A stretch of DNA of 64,000 nucleotides from Antedon mediterranea (Eukaryota > Animalia > Echinodermata), in NCBI RefSeq assembly GCF_964355755.1, contig NC_092673.1:19279648-19343647 (forward strand), in the 5' to 3' direction. The notes beneath the pieces are model-generated. The model worked only from the letters and a program-made list of their open reading frames with translations, was not told the origin of the DNA and searched no databases. Positions 1-12,993 of this stretch are shown piece by piece. The stretch's first letter is position 1. Each line of letters starts with the position of its first letter. Both the position numbers and the translations under genes were made by a program.

Positions 1-1423
1 CCCCACACAAATACCCTGACTAACAGCCCTGGAGAAGCAGTGCATTTTAGTCTATTAATAAATGGATCATAAAGTAAGGTAGTACAATACCCCACACAAA
101 CACCCTGACTAACAGCCCTGGGGAGCAGTGCATTTTAGTCTATTAATAAATGGATCATAAAGTAAGGTAGTGCAATACGCCACACAAATACCCTGACTAA
201 CAGCCCTGGGGAAGCAGTACATTTTAGTCTATTAATAAATGGATCATAAAGTAAGGTAGTACAATACCCCACACAAATACCCTGACTAACAGTCCTGGGG
301 AAGCAGTGCATTTTAGTCTATTAATAAATGGATCATAAAGTAAGGTAGTACAATACCCCACACAAATACCCTGACTAACAGCCCTGGGAAAGCAGTGCAT
401 TTTAGTTTATTAATAAATGGATCATAAAGTAAGGTAGTACAATACCCCACACAAATACCCTGACTAACAGCCCTGGGGAAGCAGTGCATTTTAATCTATT
501 AATAAATGGATCATAAAGTAAGGTAGTACAATACCCCACACAAATACCCTGTCTAACAGCCCTGGGGAAGCAGTGCATTTTCGTCTATTAATAAATGGAT
601 CATAAAGTAAGGTAGTGCAATACCCCACACAAATACCCTGACTAACAGCCCTGGGGAAGCAGTGCATTTTAGTCTATTAATAAATGGATCATAAAGTAAG
701 GTAGTGCAATACGCCACACAAATACCCTGTCTAACAGCCCTGGGGAAGCAGTGCATGTTAGTCTATTAATAAATGGATCATAAAGTAAGGTAGTACTTAC
801 AATACCCCACACAAATACCCTGACTAACAGCCCTGGGGAAGCAGTGCATTTTAGTCTATTAATAAATGGATCATAAAGTAAGGTAGTACAATACCACACA
901 CAAATACCCTGACTAACAGCCTTGCTGGGAAGCAATTCATTTTAGTCTATTAATAAATGGATCATAAAGTGAGGTAGTACAATACCCCACACAAATACCC
1001 TGTCTAACAGCCCTGGGAAAGCAGTGCATTTTAGTCTATTAATAAATGGATCATAAAGTAAGGTAGTACAATACCCCACACAAATACCCTGACTAACAGC
1101 CCTGGGGAAGCAGTGCATTTTAGTCTATTAATAAATGGATCATAAAGTAAGGTAGTACAATACCCCACACAAATACCCTGACTATTATAGCCCTGGGGAA
1201 GCAGTGCATTTTAGTCTATTAATAAATGGATCATAAAGTAAGGTAGTACAATATCCCACACAAATACCCTGACTAACACTACAGCCCTGGGGAAGCAGTG
1301 CATTTTAGTCTATTAATAAATGGATCATAAAGTAAGGTAGTACAATACCCCACACAAATACCCTGACTAACAGCCCTGGGGAAGCAGTGCATTTTAGTCT
1401 ATTAATAAATGGATCATAAAGTA
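1..1423. repeat. 89-bp tandem repeat (~16 copies, runs off the window start)
   Basis: Unit ccccacacaaataccctgactaacagccctggggaagcagtgcattttagtctattaataaatggatcataaagtaaggtagtacaata repeats head-to-tail with few substitutions. Confidence 0.97.
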
Positions 1424-2150
1424 ATAACCAAACATTTCTATAACCTTTATACATTTCAAACAATCAGATGATTTTTAATTTATCTTTTGTTTAAATACAA
1501 AGTTAATATTTAACTGACGATAATGATTTTGATAGGATTTGTTTGGCTGTATCTAGGGGAAACAGGCAAACAGTAAACACAAATACACAAGGTCATTAAT
1601 AATAATCAGGCCCCTTGTTTTTCTGAATGTAAGCTTGTTGACAAATCTGCATAACATTTTTCTCAAGTAAAAAAACAAACATGGCTAAAAGGATTCCGAA
1701 ATGAAACACAATTCCTGATCAACTCCTACTGAACAATTACTTTTTTTCATAAGAAAAATCTCTGACAAAAATTGTTTTAGCTATGAAATTGTCAAACATT
1801 GAGTATGTTATATACAGAAAAATTATTTAAAAACATAATTTATCCTCTTTTATTTCTCTAGTTTCACATTTTTCTATTTCTTACTCAAAATGGGTTTGTT
1901 TCTACAATTAAGAAATTAAATTTCTTTAAAGAAAATGTCATAAGGGTTTTTTAGTGCAAAGCCTTTGCACTTTATTTTCTTCTAAACTTCTGAAGTTTGC
2001 GTGGATCACCTTCTAATTCCCCAGAAGTATTTAGGCTATAAAGATTTTCCATAAAAACTTGGTTTTCTTAGTGTCCAAACATAATACCACACACTGTATT
2101 CTAACGAGACCTAATCTTTTACTTTACTGTTGACTAGCTAGATTTCTAGT

Positions 2151-2805
2151 TTATAACAAATTATATTTTTTAGCCAAATAACTGTAACTTTTATTTGTTT
2201 GAAATTAATTTGTTTAAGTAGGTTTCTAGTCATATCATTAACTAATTGGTTAGTTATGCATTTGCTGCAATTGTGTCATTCATTCTGATACACATACACT
2301 AAGTGGGTGTTAAAACAGGTATTCACAATGAATACTTTAATTTAGTCTTATGTGGTATCCCATGTTAGATCTGGTTGATGTGCTCTCTTTTTTGGGTTTC
2401 ATGGGTCACTATCAGGGTCGTACGCAGCCCCCCCCCCCCCGCCAAATTGCAAAAGGTCCACATTTTATAGGGTCTTATCGTCTTCACTCAATATTATGAA
2501 AATGGTCCAAAATATATTAATCCGCATCTACCCAAATAAAATCCTGTGTACGGCCCTGACTATATTTGTCAAAATTGGTCTTATTTGAATGGGCTACAGG
2601 GACCTCTGATAGGTAATTTGTTATCTCACATTTGATCTGGTCTGGTTCAGGGTCTATATACAGTCAGAATACTTTAGCAAACATTTATTATCTTTATAAC
2701 AAATTATATTTTTTAGCCAAATAACTGTAACTTTTATTTTTTGGAAATTAATTTGTTTAAGTAGGTTTCTAGTCATATCATTAACTAATTGGTTAGTTAT
2801 GCATT
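2151..2805 (+). repeat. ~110-bp dispersed direct repeat (2151-2262 and 2694-2805)
   Basis: ttataacaaattatatttt...ggttagttatgcattt occurs twice, nearly identical. Confidence 0.85.
2413..2558. mobile_element. Short MITE-like element
   Basis: Imperfect terminal inverted repeats cagggtcgtacgcag / ctgtgtacggccctg, flanked by actat on both sides. Confidence 0.5.
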
Positions 2806-4394
2806 TATAATCTAAATATATTTTTTTACATATTGCTCTGGTCGGACAGTTTATATGATAACAAGTTCATTATAACACTTATACAGAAAACCAGGGTAGA
2901 AATTGTTATTAATGATTTGTTTGTTTTGATTATTGAGTTCCTGTTATACAATTGTTTATAGATAATCTTTACCATAGATTTAATATTAACATTGTATTCT
3001 AATGTTAAACAAAGATAATAAATAGAACACACAGCAGTTTATAGCTCTCTGTACTATTACCATTTTGGTTAATTACATAGAGTGAAAATAAAATGAAATA
3101 TGTCAATACTCTGTACTCAATCATTGTACACTACTATTACCAAAGTGATAATGAGGATGACCTAGTAATCTTGAATCCAGACGTTTCAAGGGCGGAAATG
3201 TCAATGATGTAGTAATAGAGCAAGTTCATGTGGTTGGTGGACATTACATAAAGCATTTAAAACATGCACTCAATCTCAAATATTATTTCATTATATACAA
3301 CATACAGTAGTAGTATTTATAATCCGATATGTTGATAGCCAAATTAGAAGTAAAGGAATTATAATTCAATGTTGGAAATTGTGTTGCGTCTAGTTCATTC
3401 GTCCATAGTTACTATGAGAGTTTTATTTTTATTCCAAATGGCCTATTTAGGCCTATATTTTTTATTAAACTTTGTTTACAGATGATGACCATAAACAACA
3501 AGCAAATGCGGACAATAAAGGGGCCCTCAAACAATATGATTTAGACAGTAGCCCAGGGCTGAGTCACAGAAATCAGCGTACACATGCAGCTTCCATGGCC
3601 CCAGTTTGGCACCGCTTTCCTTACAAAAACTCATATAATGAGGTTATAGTAAGTAGGCCTAGGCCTCTTTTGAAACGGTTTTCTGTATTCTAAAATTAAA
3701 ATCAACATGTTTTGGTTTTTCAATAATAACAGACGTAGGCTAAATTTAGTTTTTGTCATCACACGACGGCGATAATAGCGATAAATGAAACATAAAAAAA
3801 ATGTGGTTGATCACTTTTTTCGCGATATGAAAAAAAATCCAAAGTCTTTATACAATGACGCCACACACATACCAGCACCCCATTGGCTGATTATGACGTA
3901 ATGCAATTTTACCGTACCTTTAGTAAACAGAAGTTAGAATACGGTACCATATCTTTAGCCACGGCGATAAACCTACAGTACATGAGGTAAATTTGTCGAT
4001 TTTTATTCTTAAAAATCAACGAAAACCATGTACAGTTTCAACAGTAACATTTTAGTTGTATTAACATTGACAAAATATATTTAAATTGAACGTAATTTTT
4101 ACCAATAGATGCATTAAATATACGCATTCCACTGCCTTTTAAGCACTCTATTATAGTTCTCTTTTGGCGCTCCATAGAAACGTCAATATTGAACATGGAG
4201 TAGGCCTATGTGAAATTCACAAACTATGTGCAAGAAACGGTTTACGATGAAATCGGTCGCGTCTAAAATCGGTCGCGATAAAATCAACTTCCGGTATTTT
4301 GTATGGCGCGCCGCTAGAGCTATACGTTTGAAATCGGTCGCGTTTGAAATCGGTCGCGCTATTTTGTATGGAGCGAGATGCATGCTAGCGGGAT

Positions 4395-5595
4395 GCGATT
4401 TTTTTTTTCGTACATAAGTTGGGGACCCCATCATGAAACGTCACAAAATAAACATGAATAATTCATCAGTTAAATTTTCTTGTTCCGTGTGCACCCAAGC
4501 GTATAGCAACACGAAGTGATTACACAAGTGCGGTACGATTCTAGGCCTATCTCCGCTGATTTCATAATAGAATAGCGGAGTTTTGTGTGGATTGTCGAAA
4601 TAATCAGCCTTTAGTTTATGGTGTTTTTAATATAGTTTATTACTAAAGAATTACGTGTTAAAATTATAGTTTCTATTGATACTATTAGGCCTAATTACTA
4701 GTCTCTAAACCCCTGTATATTCTAGTAGTAGCTGTGTGGGTGTGTGTGACTTGTGTCTTTGGGCTATGTCCAATTACTACTTAGTTTAATGTTTTGCCTA
4801 GCTGTCGATTAGCCTCGACACATTTTGCATAGTGGACGTGTGTGTGAAGAAGAGTGCGCGAAGGCAATCACGTGAATTGACCTAGAATCCTAGGCCTATT
4901 ATTGTAGAAAGAATCGTATCGCAGTTGTTGTTCCGTGTGCACCCAAGCGTTCTTGGACATAGCCCAAAGAAAGCTTAGACCCACAAGAATAAAGAATGTG
5001 TATAATTTGTGTACTGTATTTTTTTAATTCTGCTATCAATTATCAAACAATATGCAATGTACTCAAAGGAACTTTAAAAATGCGCGTATATGAACACATG
5101 AGATGGGAAGATTTGACCCACGAGAATAAAAAATGTATTTTTGTGTAATGTTTATTGTTTAATTTTGCTGACTTATTACTCGGAATGTTTCATACCAAAG
5201 ATAGTGTAACTATCTTTGGTCATACCTAACACACACACACGTCACACACATCCACACAGCTACTACTAGAATAGACATGGGTTTAGAGACTAATAATAGG
5301 CCTAATAGTATTAATAGAAACTATAATTTTAACACGTAATTCTTTAGTAATAAATTATATTAAAAACACCATAAACTAAAGGCCGATTATTTCGACAATC
5401 AACACAAAACTCCGCTATTCTATTATGAAATCAGCGGAGATAGGCCTAGAATCGTACCGCACTTGTGTAATCACTTCTTGTTGCTATACGCTTGGGTGCA
5501 CACGGAACAAGAAAATTTAACTGATGAATTATTCATGTTTATTTTGTGACGTTTCATGAGGGGGTCCCCAACTTATGTACGAAAAAAAAAATCGC
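4395..5595. mobile_element. Foldback / Mutator-like non-autonomous DNA transposon
   Basis: ~360-bp inverted arms (4395-4755 vs 5235-5595) and a perfect 9-bp TSD tagcgggat at 4386-4394 and 5596-5604. No transposase ORF. Confidence 0.9.
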
Positions 5596-6602
5596 TAGCG
5601 GGATATACATTTTCTTCGTTTATATATTATATTATTGTATTATTTAATTGATATTTTTTAGGAACTAGATTATTTATGTGGATATTTTTTATTTTGGTTA
5701 ATAAATATTTATTATCATTTTTTTTTTATTTCACATGTCTCGGAGAAGAAGGACTGTGTCTTTTCTAAATGGCCATTTCTAAACACGTTTAAATATTTTA
5801 TTAGGCATATAATAATTTACCTCTATTTTATTATGTACTGTGTAATTAATATATTATATAGAGAATATACGTCTGTGTCTTTTATTAATCAAACAATATA
5901 TAGCCCGTAAAGCCAGCGTATCCATTTTTATACTTATGCATACTGTGGCAGATATATCATATCCATGTCGTTAAAAACTTACTATTGGATTACCTTACCG
6001 TATTTTAATTTCTATTTTATTTATGTCCGTACGTTATGTAGGATAATATTAAGTTTAGGCCTATAATGAATATTGTTGAGGCAAATCATGGGTATATTTT
6101 TATTTCTAATTTTATTAGTATTATCCTAAAACCATGCTCACGTAAGAGTGGCGGATATCGAACGTAAAAATCATCGTCATACATCATCTTCCTTTATTGC
6201 ATAAACCTCATTGAGCTGGTATCCACTTGCAGGTATAGAACTAGTTTCGTAATTAACTGTGATAAAAAAATACGCAATAGGCGCGTCTACTTGTTTAATT
6301 CAACATTTTTAAAACTTTAAACAGTGGCATGCTAATCTTTTCAAAAACGATTTTCTAAACGAACACATTACAATTATTCATTGACACCTGGAAGATCAAA
6401 TGAAAACACAAATTATTTATAAATAATGAGATAAATATTTATATTTAAGCCTACTGTACTAAAAAAATAACGATCGAGGTAAACAAAATGTTAATAGTAT
6501 TATAGATGACAAATTTCGTTTTTGTAAAAGCACAAGTTAACGGAGTACTTACTCGAACGTTTCGATCTCTATCAGAGATCCTTCTCAACTGACTGCGGGG
6601 TG

Positions 6603-9176
6603 TTAATGCAGCTTGGTCATTCTTGACGTCATCTGTTGATGACGTTGTACGCCTCCGGTTGTAGGTTGGAGGTTGTGCGGGGCTCGGCCAGGTGATGTGT
6701 CTATCAAATCATTGTACAAATGCGAGAGTTCGTGGGCTCCAGTGTCCCGGTTCATGGTCTTCTCTTTATTTCTCCTTATATGTAATGATTCTCTAATCTG
6801 TCTGTCTTTGCGTTTAGGCTCTTTGGTTAAGATGGTAGCCTCCCAGTTCGGTACATGATTGTGTTTTATGACATGTTCTGTAATGGCAGATTTGTGTATG
6901 ATCGAAGATGTGGATGTTCTGGAGGCCCTAGTCATTACTCCCCCCGTGTTTGTTGTAACATCTTTTTTGTGATCATTAATTCGTGTTTGTAATGCCCTCC
7001 CTGTTTCCCCAATGTAAACTTGTGGACAGTTGCGGCAGGTGACTTCGTAGATTACTCCACATGTATCCATCTTCTCGATTTTATCTTTTGGGTGGACGAG
7101 GCTATTCTTGATTTTATTTTGGGGTAGGAAATAGGTTCCGACATTGTGATAGGAGAGAGTGCGTCGTATTCTTTCTGCCATTCCTTTTACATAGGGGATT
7201 CCTATGCTACCTCGCATCTTGATCTTTTCCTTCTGTGGTTCGTGTCCTTTGTTCTTTTTTCTTTTTCGGTTTTCCATAACTCTCTGGAAGGACCACTCTG
7301 GATACTGGCAGTTGTGTAACGCTTTCTTGATGTTATCCATCTCAACTTTCCTCAAATCCATATCTCCCACTACCTTCTCAGCTCTGTCCACAAGCGTGTT
7401 TATAAGCCCCAGTTTGTGTTCAAGTGGATGATGTGAGTTGAAATGTAAATATTGGTCTGTGTGAGTGGGCTTCCGATAGACTGAGGTGGTAACTGTTCCA
7501 TTGTCATTGAGTGTGATGAGCATGTCCAGGAAAGGTATTGTGTTGTTTGTCATCGATTCTGTGGTGAACTTGATATTGTCAGTTATATCGATGTTATTAA
7601 GATGTGTGTTAAATGTATGTACTGTACCTATGGGGATAATAGCTAATACATCATCAACGTATCGTTTCCAATACACAGGCTTGATGTTAGTGGGTGCCGT
7701 GTTTATGGCTTGATGTTCAAGCCACTCTAGATACAAGTTCGCCAATATAGGACTTATTGGGCTTCCCATAGCAATGCCTTGTATTTGCCTATAAATGTTA
7801 CCATTGAACGAGAAATAGGTTTTGTTCACAATTAAACCGAGGAGCTCCATTATGTCTGTCACATGTAGTTTAGTTCTATCCAGAAGTGTCGGATCTGTTG
7901 TTAGGCGATTTTCGACAACTTTGAGGGCCTCTTCTACTGGTGTTTTTGTAAACAGAGATACTACGTCAAACGAGACAAATGTTTCACTTGGTTTGACTAT
8001 TATTTCTTTTAGTTCACTCGCCAACTCTCCTGAGTAAGTTACATGATGTTCTGTGTTTCCGACAAGCGGACCCAGGATTTTGGTGAGGAATTGTGCAACG
8101 GTGTAAAAAACGGTGTTGATGTTATCTACTATAGGTCTTAATGGCCAATTTGGTTTATGTATCTTCGGAAGACAATACAACCTAGGTACAATTTCAGCCG
8201 TGGGAAACAGCCATTCTTTCTCTCTGTAGTTGATTTTCTTTTCTTTGAACAACCTGCCTATGATGTTGACCACTTTTCGTTTATAGTTTTGTGTTGGATT
8301 ACGTTTTAGCAGTTCGTAAACATTCGTGTCGCTCACCATGGTTCCCACTTTATCTTTGTAATCATTAGTATTTAGGATGACAGTAGATCTACCTTTATCC
8401 GCTGGGAGAATAAGAATAGATTTATCTTTCTTCAAGTTGTTTATGGCCTTTCGTTCTTTGGGGGTTAAATTTGAAGGTGGTAGAGTGGTAGATTTTACAA
8501 TAGCTACAATTTTACTGCGAACGGTGTCTTGTTCTTCCAGGGGGACGAGATCAGCCGCTTTTTCAGCCGCTACTATGAGATCGTCAATGGGCATGGATCG
8601 TGGGCTCGCCGCATAGTTCAATCCCCTTTGTAATGCTGATATTTCGTCCTCACTAACCAACTTACTAGACAGATTTACCACCCATTTTTCTCTTAAGATC
8701 TTACCGGATAAATCCTGTTCTTGATGTAAATCTCTAGCTGCGTTTTCTGCTTTGTTTTTCCACCACAACAGTTTGTTTTGTTGTCGTGATCGGCATTTTA
8801 AGAATTCCGCTTCACACACTTTGTTTACGTGATTACATACATTGGTGATGTCCCCTCCGTTGGGAATTAGCGATACGATTTCCTCATTTAAATCTTTCTT
8901 TTTGCCTTCTAACTGTGTGATTTTGTTGGTGGTGATTCTTATTCTCTCACGTAAAAGCTGTCTTTCTGCATGTTTTATTATTTCCTCTGCTTTAGACGAT
9001 TTGATCGGTCGATATAATTTCAGGCTCGGAGGGGTAATGTCCAACCGCTTACAATGAAGGGAGAATACCCGGTGATTTCTCTGCCGTGAAATTTTCTTCG
9101 CGATATTTTCCTGTTTGCGTACGATGTTGATGGTTTCTTGACCATATTTTTCTCTTAAATCTTGAAAGAATTTCAT
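6603..9176 (-). CDS. PLE reverse transcriptase + GIY-YIG endonuclease (857 aa, uninterrupted)
   Basis: PLE RT motifs ADKG, LPKIHK, RPIV, SFDVVSLFT, GIAMGSPISP, RYVDD, FLD, YRKPTHT. C-terminal GIY-YIG motif GVIYEVTC..C..VYIGETGR.L.TR..DH. Confidence 0.96.
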   Translation of the reverse strand: MKFFQDLREKYGQETINIVRKQENIAKKISRQRNHRVFSLHCKRLDITPPSLKLYRPIKSSKAEEIIKHAERQLLRERIRITTNKITQLEGKKKDLNEEIVSLIPNGGDITNVCNHVNKVCEAEFLKCRSRQQNKLLWWKNKAENAARDLHQEQDLSGKILREKWVVNLSSKLVSEDEISALQRGLNYAASPRSMPIDDLIVAAEKAADLVPLEEQDTVRSKIVAIVKSTTLPPSNLTPKERKAINNLKKDKSILILPADKGRSTVILNTNDYKDKVGTMVSDTNVYELLKRNPTQNYKRKVVNIIGRLFKEKKINYREKEWLFPTAEIVPRLYCLPKIHKPNWPLRPIVDNINTVFYTVAQFLTKILGPLVGNTEHHVTYSGELASELKEIIVKPSETFVSFDVVSLFTKTPVEEALKVVENRLTTDPTLLDRTKLHVTDIMELLGLIVNKTYFSFNGNIYRQIQGIAMGSPISPILANLYLEWLEHQAINTAPTNIKPVYWKRYVDDVLAIIPIGTVHTFNTHLNNIDITDNIKFTTESMTNNTIPFLDMLITLNDNGTVTTSVYRKPTHTDQYLHFNSHHPLEHKLGLINTLVDRAEKVVGDMDLRKVEMDNIKKALHNCQYPEWSFQRVMENRKRKKNKGHEPQKEKIKMRGSIGIPYVKGMAERIRRTLSYHNVGTYFLPQNKIKNSLVHPKDKIEKMDTCGVIYEVTCRNCPQVYIGETGRALQTRINDHKKDVTTNTGGVMTRASRTSTSSIIHKSAITEHVIKHNHVPNWEATILTKEPKRKDRQIRESLHIRRNKEKTMNRDTGAHELSHLYNDLIDTSPGRAPHNLQPTTGGVQRHQQMTSRMTKLH

Positions 9177-9380
9177 TTAGCTTCGATTTTGTATAGATGA
9201 CAAATTTCGTTTTTGTAAAAGCACAAGTTAACGGAGTACTTACTCGAACGTTTCGATCTCTATCAGAGATCCTTCTCAACTGACTGCGGGGTGTTAATGC
9301 AGCTTGGTCATTCTTGACGTCATCTGTTGATCAGATGACAGATGACGTCAAGAATGACCAAGCTGCATTAACACCCCGCA

Positions 9381-9425
9381 GTCAGTTGAGAAGGATCTCT
9401 GATAGAGATCGAAACGTTCGAGTAA
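9381..9425 (+). ncRNA. Candidate minimal hammerhead ribozyme in the pLTR (also on the - strand at ~6550-6592 and ~9240-9283)
   Basis: ttgagaa-g-gatctc-tgata-gagatc-gaaa-cgttc: a variant core, a 6-bp stem II, GAAA and a palindromic aacgtt stem III. Stem I pairing is poor. Confidence 0.5.
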
Positions 9426-11941
9426 GTACTCCGTTAACTTGTGCTTTTACAAAAACGAAATTTGTCATCTATACAAAATCGAAGCTAAATGAAATTCTTT
9501 CAAGATTTAATAGTATTAGTTAGAAATTCTATATTCAAAATTAACTAAAAACATAATTAGCGTTTTCATTAAAAATGTATCGTAGTGCGTCCCATGCAAA
9601 ATAGCGCGACCGATTTCAAACGCGACCGATTTCAAACGCGACCGATATCATTAAACGTATAGCTCTAGCGGCGCGCCATACAAAATACCGGAAGTTGATT
9701 TTATCGCGACCGATTTCAAACGCGACCGATTTCAGACGCGACCGATTTCATCTGACACCCAAGAAACATGTCTAAATTCATCAATTTAAAGGATTTATTT
9801 GTTACTTTTTCTGTGATTCTCCATCGTAAAACTAAAAGTACTTATGAGGTCTAATTCTAAGGTGTGGTATTCAGGATAAAGTTCCTTAAAATTAACACAT
9901 TTGGAGTCGAAATAAAAGACAGGTGCGAAACGGAACTAGCGCCCCTAGGCCTAGTAGTGTAGTAGTACTGTACGTAGGCCCTAGACCTACATTAGACTAG
10001 GCTTAGGCCTAGCATAGTTTGTTAGCTAGCTAGGCTAGGTAGGGCCTATAGCCTAGGATACGAAAATAAGATCCAAAAAAAAAGACCTGCTATTAAAACA
10101 ATACAGGGATCAACCTGAGTTTTCGGCATGTATTGAATATAGGACTATTCCATTATTATTTATAGGGGTGTTAGTCAATATGTTGGGTTGGGTGTGCCAG
10201 GCTTGTTGAGGCTTCTATTGTTCGTGTCATTGTGCCAATTGTTTTGTATTTCACTGTGTTTGATAAAAACAAACAAAAAACTGCTGCTGTAGTTAGCCTA
10301 TGTGTCTGTAAATTATATCGTATTTTACACTATATTTATATAGCCTATAGGCCCTAACATGTTTTTTTACCGTCAACAGTTAAATCATATCATGTTTTAT
10401 TTTACATTTCATGTAATATTATTATATGTTTTTTTTCTCAACAGCCGAATCAAGTTGTATAGCCTCTTACAAATAACAAGAAAAAATACATTCAAACGTT
10501 ATTCACAATAAGGAGAAAACATATACAACTTATTTAATTTATGTTTTAATTTATATAAATCCAAAGGAAAATTAATGAAACAACAACAATGATGTGGGTA
10601 TCAGTGGCTGGATCTCAATAGAGATACAAAAAAAAAGCGAAAAGCTAAATCAAAACGATAAAGTAAAACAGCCAGAAAAACAATTTATATAAATACATCC
10701 ATGTTTGTTTTTTCCTCAACAGTTTATGACTTTAACAAATTCAGTACACTTAAAGGCATAAGATTAAGCAAAACATACATTGTGTAACATATTTAATTTA
10801 AGGTAAGCTTGTTTTCCTGTCGACGTAACGCCAGGCCTTGTCTTTTGAAAATTGTAGGTGTGCTACAAATTGCACTCCTGAATACATTTTTCAGGGGTGC
10901 TGCGTGTGTGATCGGTCCGCCTAAAAACCGGAAAAACCAAAAAACACCGGAAAAAACCAAAAAATACCGGAAAAAACAAAAAAATACCAAAAGAAACCGG
11001 AAAATACCAAAAAAAATGACTATTTACCGGAAAAAACAACAGATAAACAAATAAATTAAATGTGATTTTTGTGTCAAAGTCGATCGTCAAACGCCACAAG
11101 TAAACATCTTTGTATAGAGGGCGCAGTCAGATTATGGTTAAAATAATAATAAAATATAGGCGGCCATTCTTGCTGTAGTTAATCGAGGTCTAAAAAAATA
11201 AATATTTACAATACTGTAATATTATTATTAATTTTAATCAATATATTTTTTTTGTAGGCACGTACGCACCAAGTCACCCCTTTTGGCCAATTTATCCCAT
11301 TACACTATTTTCATAAATTATACATATATAAAAAAAAACACCGCATTATCTGTTTCAGAACTTTTAAATTGTCCATTTATTTGGCACAGATCATTCCAAT
11401 CCAAAATACTCGTTCATGCTTATTTTTCATGATAACATTAATATTATATACTGTACTGTACAAATAAATATAAATAAATTGATATAATTATATCTATATA
11501 AACACAACAGACAAAGAACATTTATTTTAAACCGCCCGGTGATATACTTAAATTTAATTAATTAATTAATTTGACACGATAAGATGAGGACATCTGTGAT
11601 AATGAAAAAAAAAATATTCGAACCCGGAACCTTCTGCTTCATATGCAGATGTCCTGAACATTCGAGCACTGGGGCTTTCATGTTCAAACTGGATAACGAC
11701 TTTTTAACACTCTGGGCCTGGTACGGCGGAACAGCACTCCCTCAATTTATATATAATTAATTATAGGCTAATTATAATTATTAACGTTTAGACCGTAAGT
11801 ATAAGGTACTTTCTTTGTTACCACTTCTTATTTATTGCGTAAGATATGCGTTTAAAATGTATGCAAACATTTAATAATTTAGAGTATAAGTAAACAAGGT
11901 AGATAAAAGAGAAAAATATTTTGTAGGAAAAAGTAAGTCAC

Positions 11942-12885
11942 CTTTCGTTTCTGCATTTTTTTGTTCTCTCTCCCTTTTCCGGTTTTCCTGCTTTGAATCC
12001 GTGTGCAGCGGTGCTTCGTCTGATTCCGATGAAATTATGATCGGGGACAACGACCCTGAATTACATAGAAAAAATAAGACCATACTTTTAATATAGTTGT
12101 AAATGGGCCGCTGTTTCACGATTTTTTTTGTGTGGTTTTGACCTTATACGAAATGTTTTTATGTCATCAAACGCTTTCAAAATTCAACGCAACTCAACGC
12201 AACTCGCCGTAACGTTACGTCGACAGGAAAACAAGCTTAACGCTTGTTAACAGTATGCGGTTTCTTACCTTTTGGTTGTTGATTTTGCTTGTAATTTGTT
12301 TTCTTGTCTTTCTCTTTTTCCAGCTTAGGCCTATTTGCACGAGGCAATGATTCGTAAGCTTCTGTTGGAATCGTTTTGCGGAATTTTGAACCTAAGAGAA
12401 ACCCAAACAATCTAAATCAATTAATTCTGAATTTTTACTTGTACATTATTTTGAAAATTTGTTCAAGTTTATATTTCAAATATTAATTTTTTTTACCCTT
12501 TCTTTGTTTTTGTTTTCTTTTTGTTTTGTTTTCTTTCGTCACATTTTTCGCTTTGAACGTCATGTCATCGGATTCTATTTCTGGCATGGAGGACAACGAT
12601 TCTAAACAGACGAAAATAGCAAAAAAAATATAAAAGCACTGGTAATTATGACAGTAATTATCTGTGTTCAGGGGCAACTGTTTTTGAATTAAACAAGTTA
12701 GGCCTAAATGGGTTTTGTGGAGTTAAATTGTTTACAGTATTATTTATGAAATTATGACATCAATACCTCATTGGCTTAATTATTCTTACCATCTAGCTTT
12801 TCGTGCCCTTTGCGTTGTCTTGACTTGTCAATGCTTTCGTCTGATTCGGATGAGCTTATCGTAATTATGGGAGATGTTTTTAAAC
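11942..12885 (-). CDS. Four short downstream Lys/Ser/Glu-rich exons of the PHD/OTU gene (~12790-12885, ~12497-12601, ~12269-12391, ~11942-12055)
   Basis: Each is bounded by AG...GT, appears to be phase 1 and is open. Two are paralogous (SPIITISSSESDE vs SPIIISSESDE). Confidence 0.55.
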
Positions 12886-12993
12886 CTGATTTGAAATACA
12901 AAGAGCAAACCATTAGATGCCAGAAACTTAAAATAAAAAATTAACTTAATGAATAAAGTTGTTAAATTTAATATAATAGACCTAAAGTTATAC

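Larger units (their letters stand above)
6503..9508 (-). mobile_element. Penelope-like retroelement (PLE) with direct and inverted pseudo-LTRs
   Basis: 6503-6639 is repeated directly at ~9194-9330, and ~9339-9508 is an inverted copy of ~9156-9326. ttaatagtatta flanks both ends (6491-6502, 9507-9518). Contains an RT + GIY-YIG ORF. Confidence 0.95.
4239..9760. mobile_element. Non-autonomous TIR element (~140-bp TIRs with gaaatcggtcgcg subrepeats) hosting two younger insertions
   Basis: 4246-4378 is the reverse complement of ~9590-9752. The right end is tgacaccc and the left end is degenerate. aagaaac lies at both flanks (4232-4238, 9761-9767). Confidence 0.75.

Noticed and set aside
6673-9057. 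Plus-strand ORFs overlapping the Penelope ORF (and 52372-53907 over the LINE)
   Set aside because: They are antisense shadows of the RT coding sequences.
10793-11099. Lys-rich and Phe-rich short ORFs here and at 20360-20608
   Set aside because: They are translations of the low-complexity TIR subrepeats.
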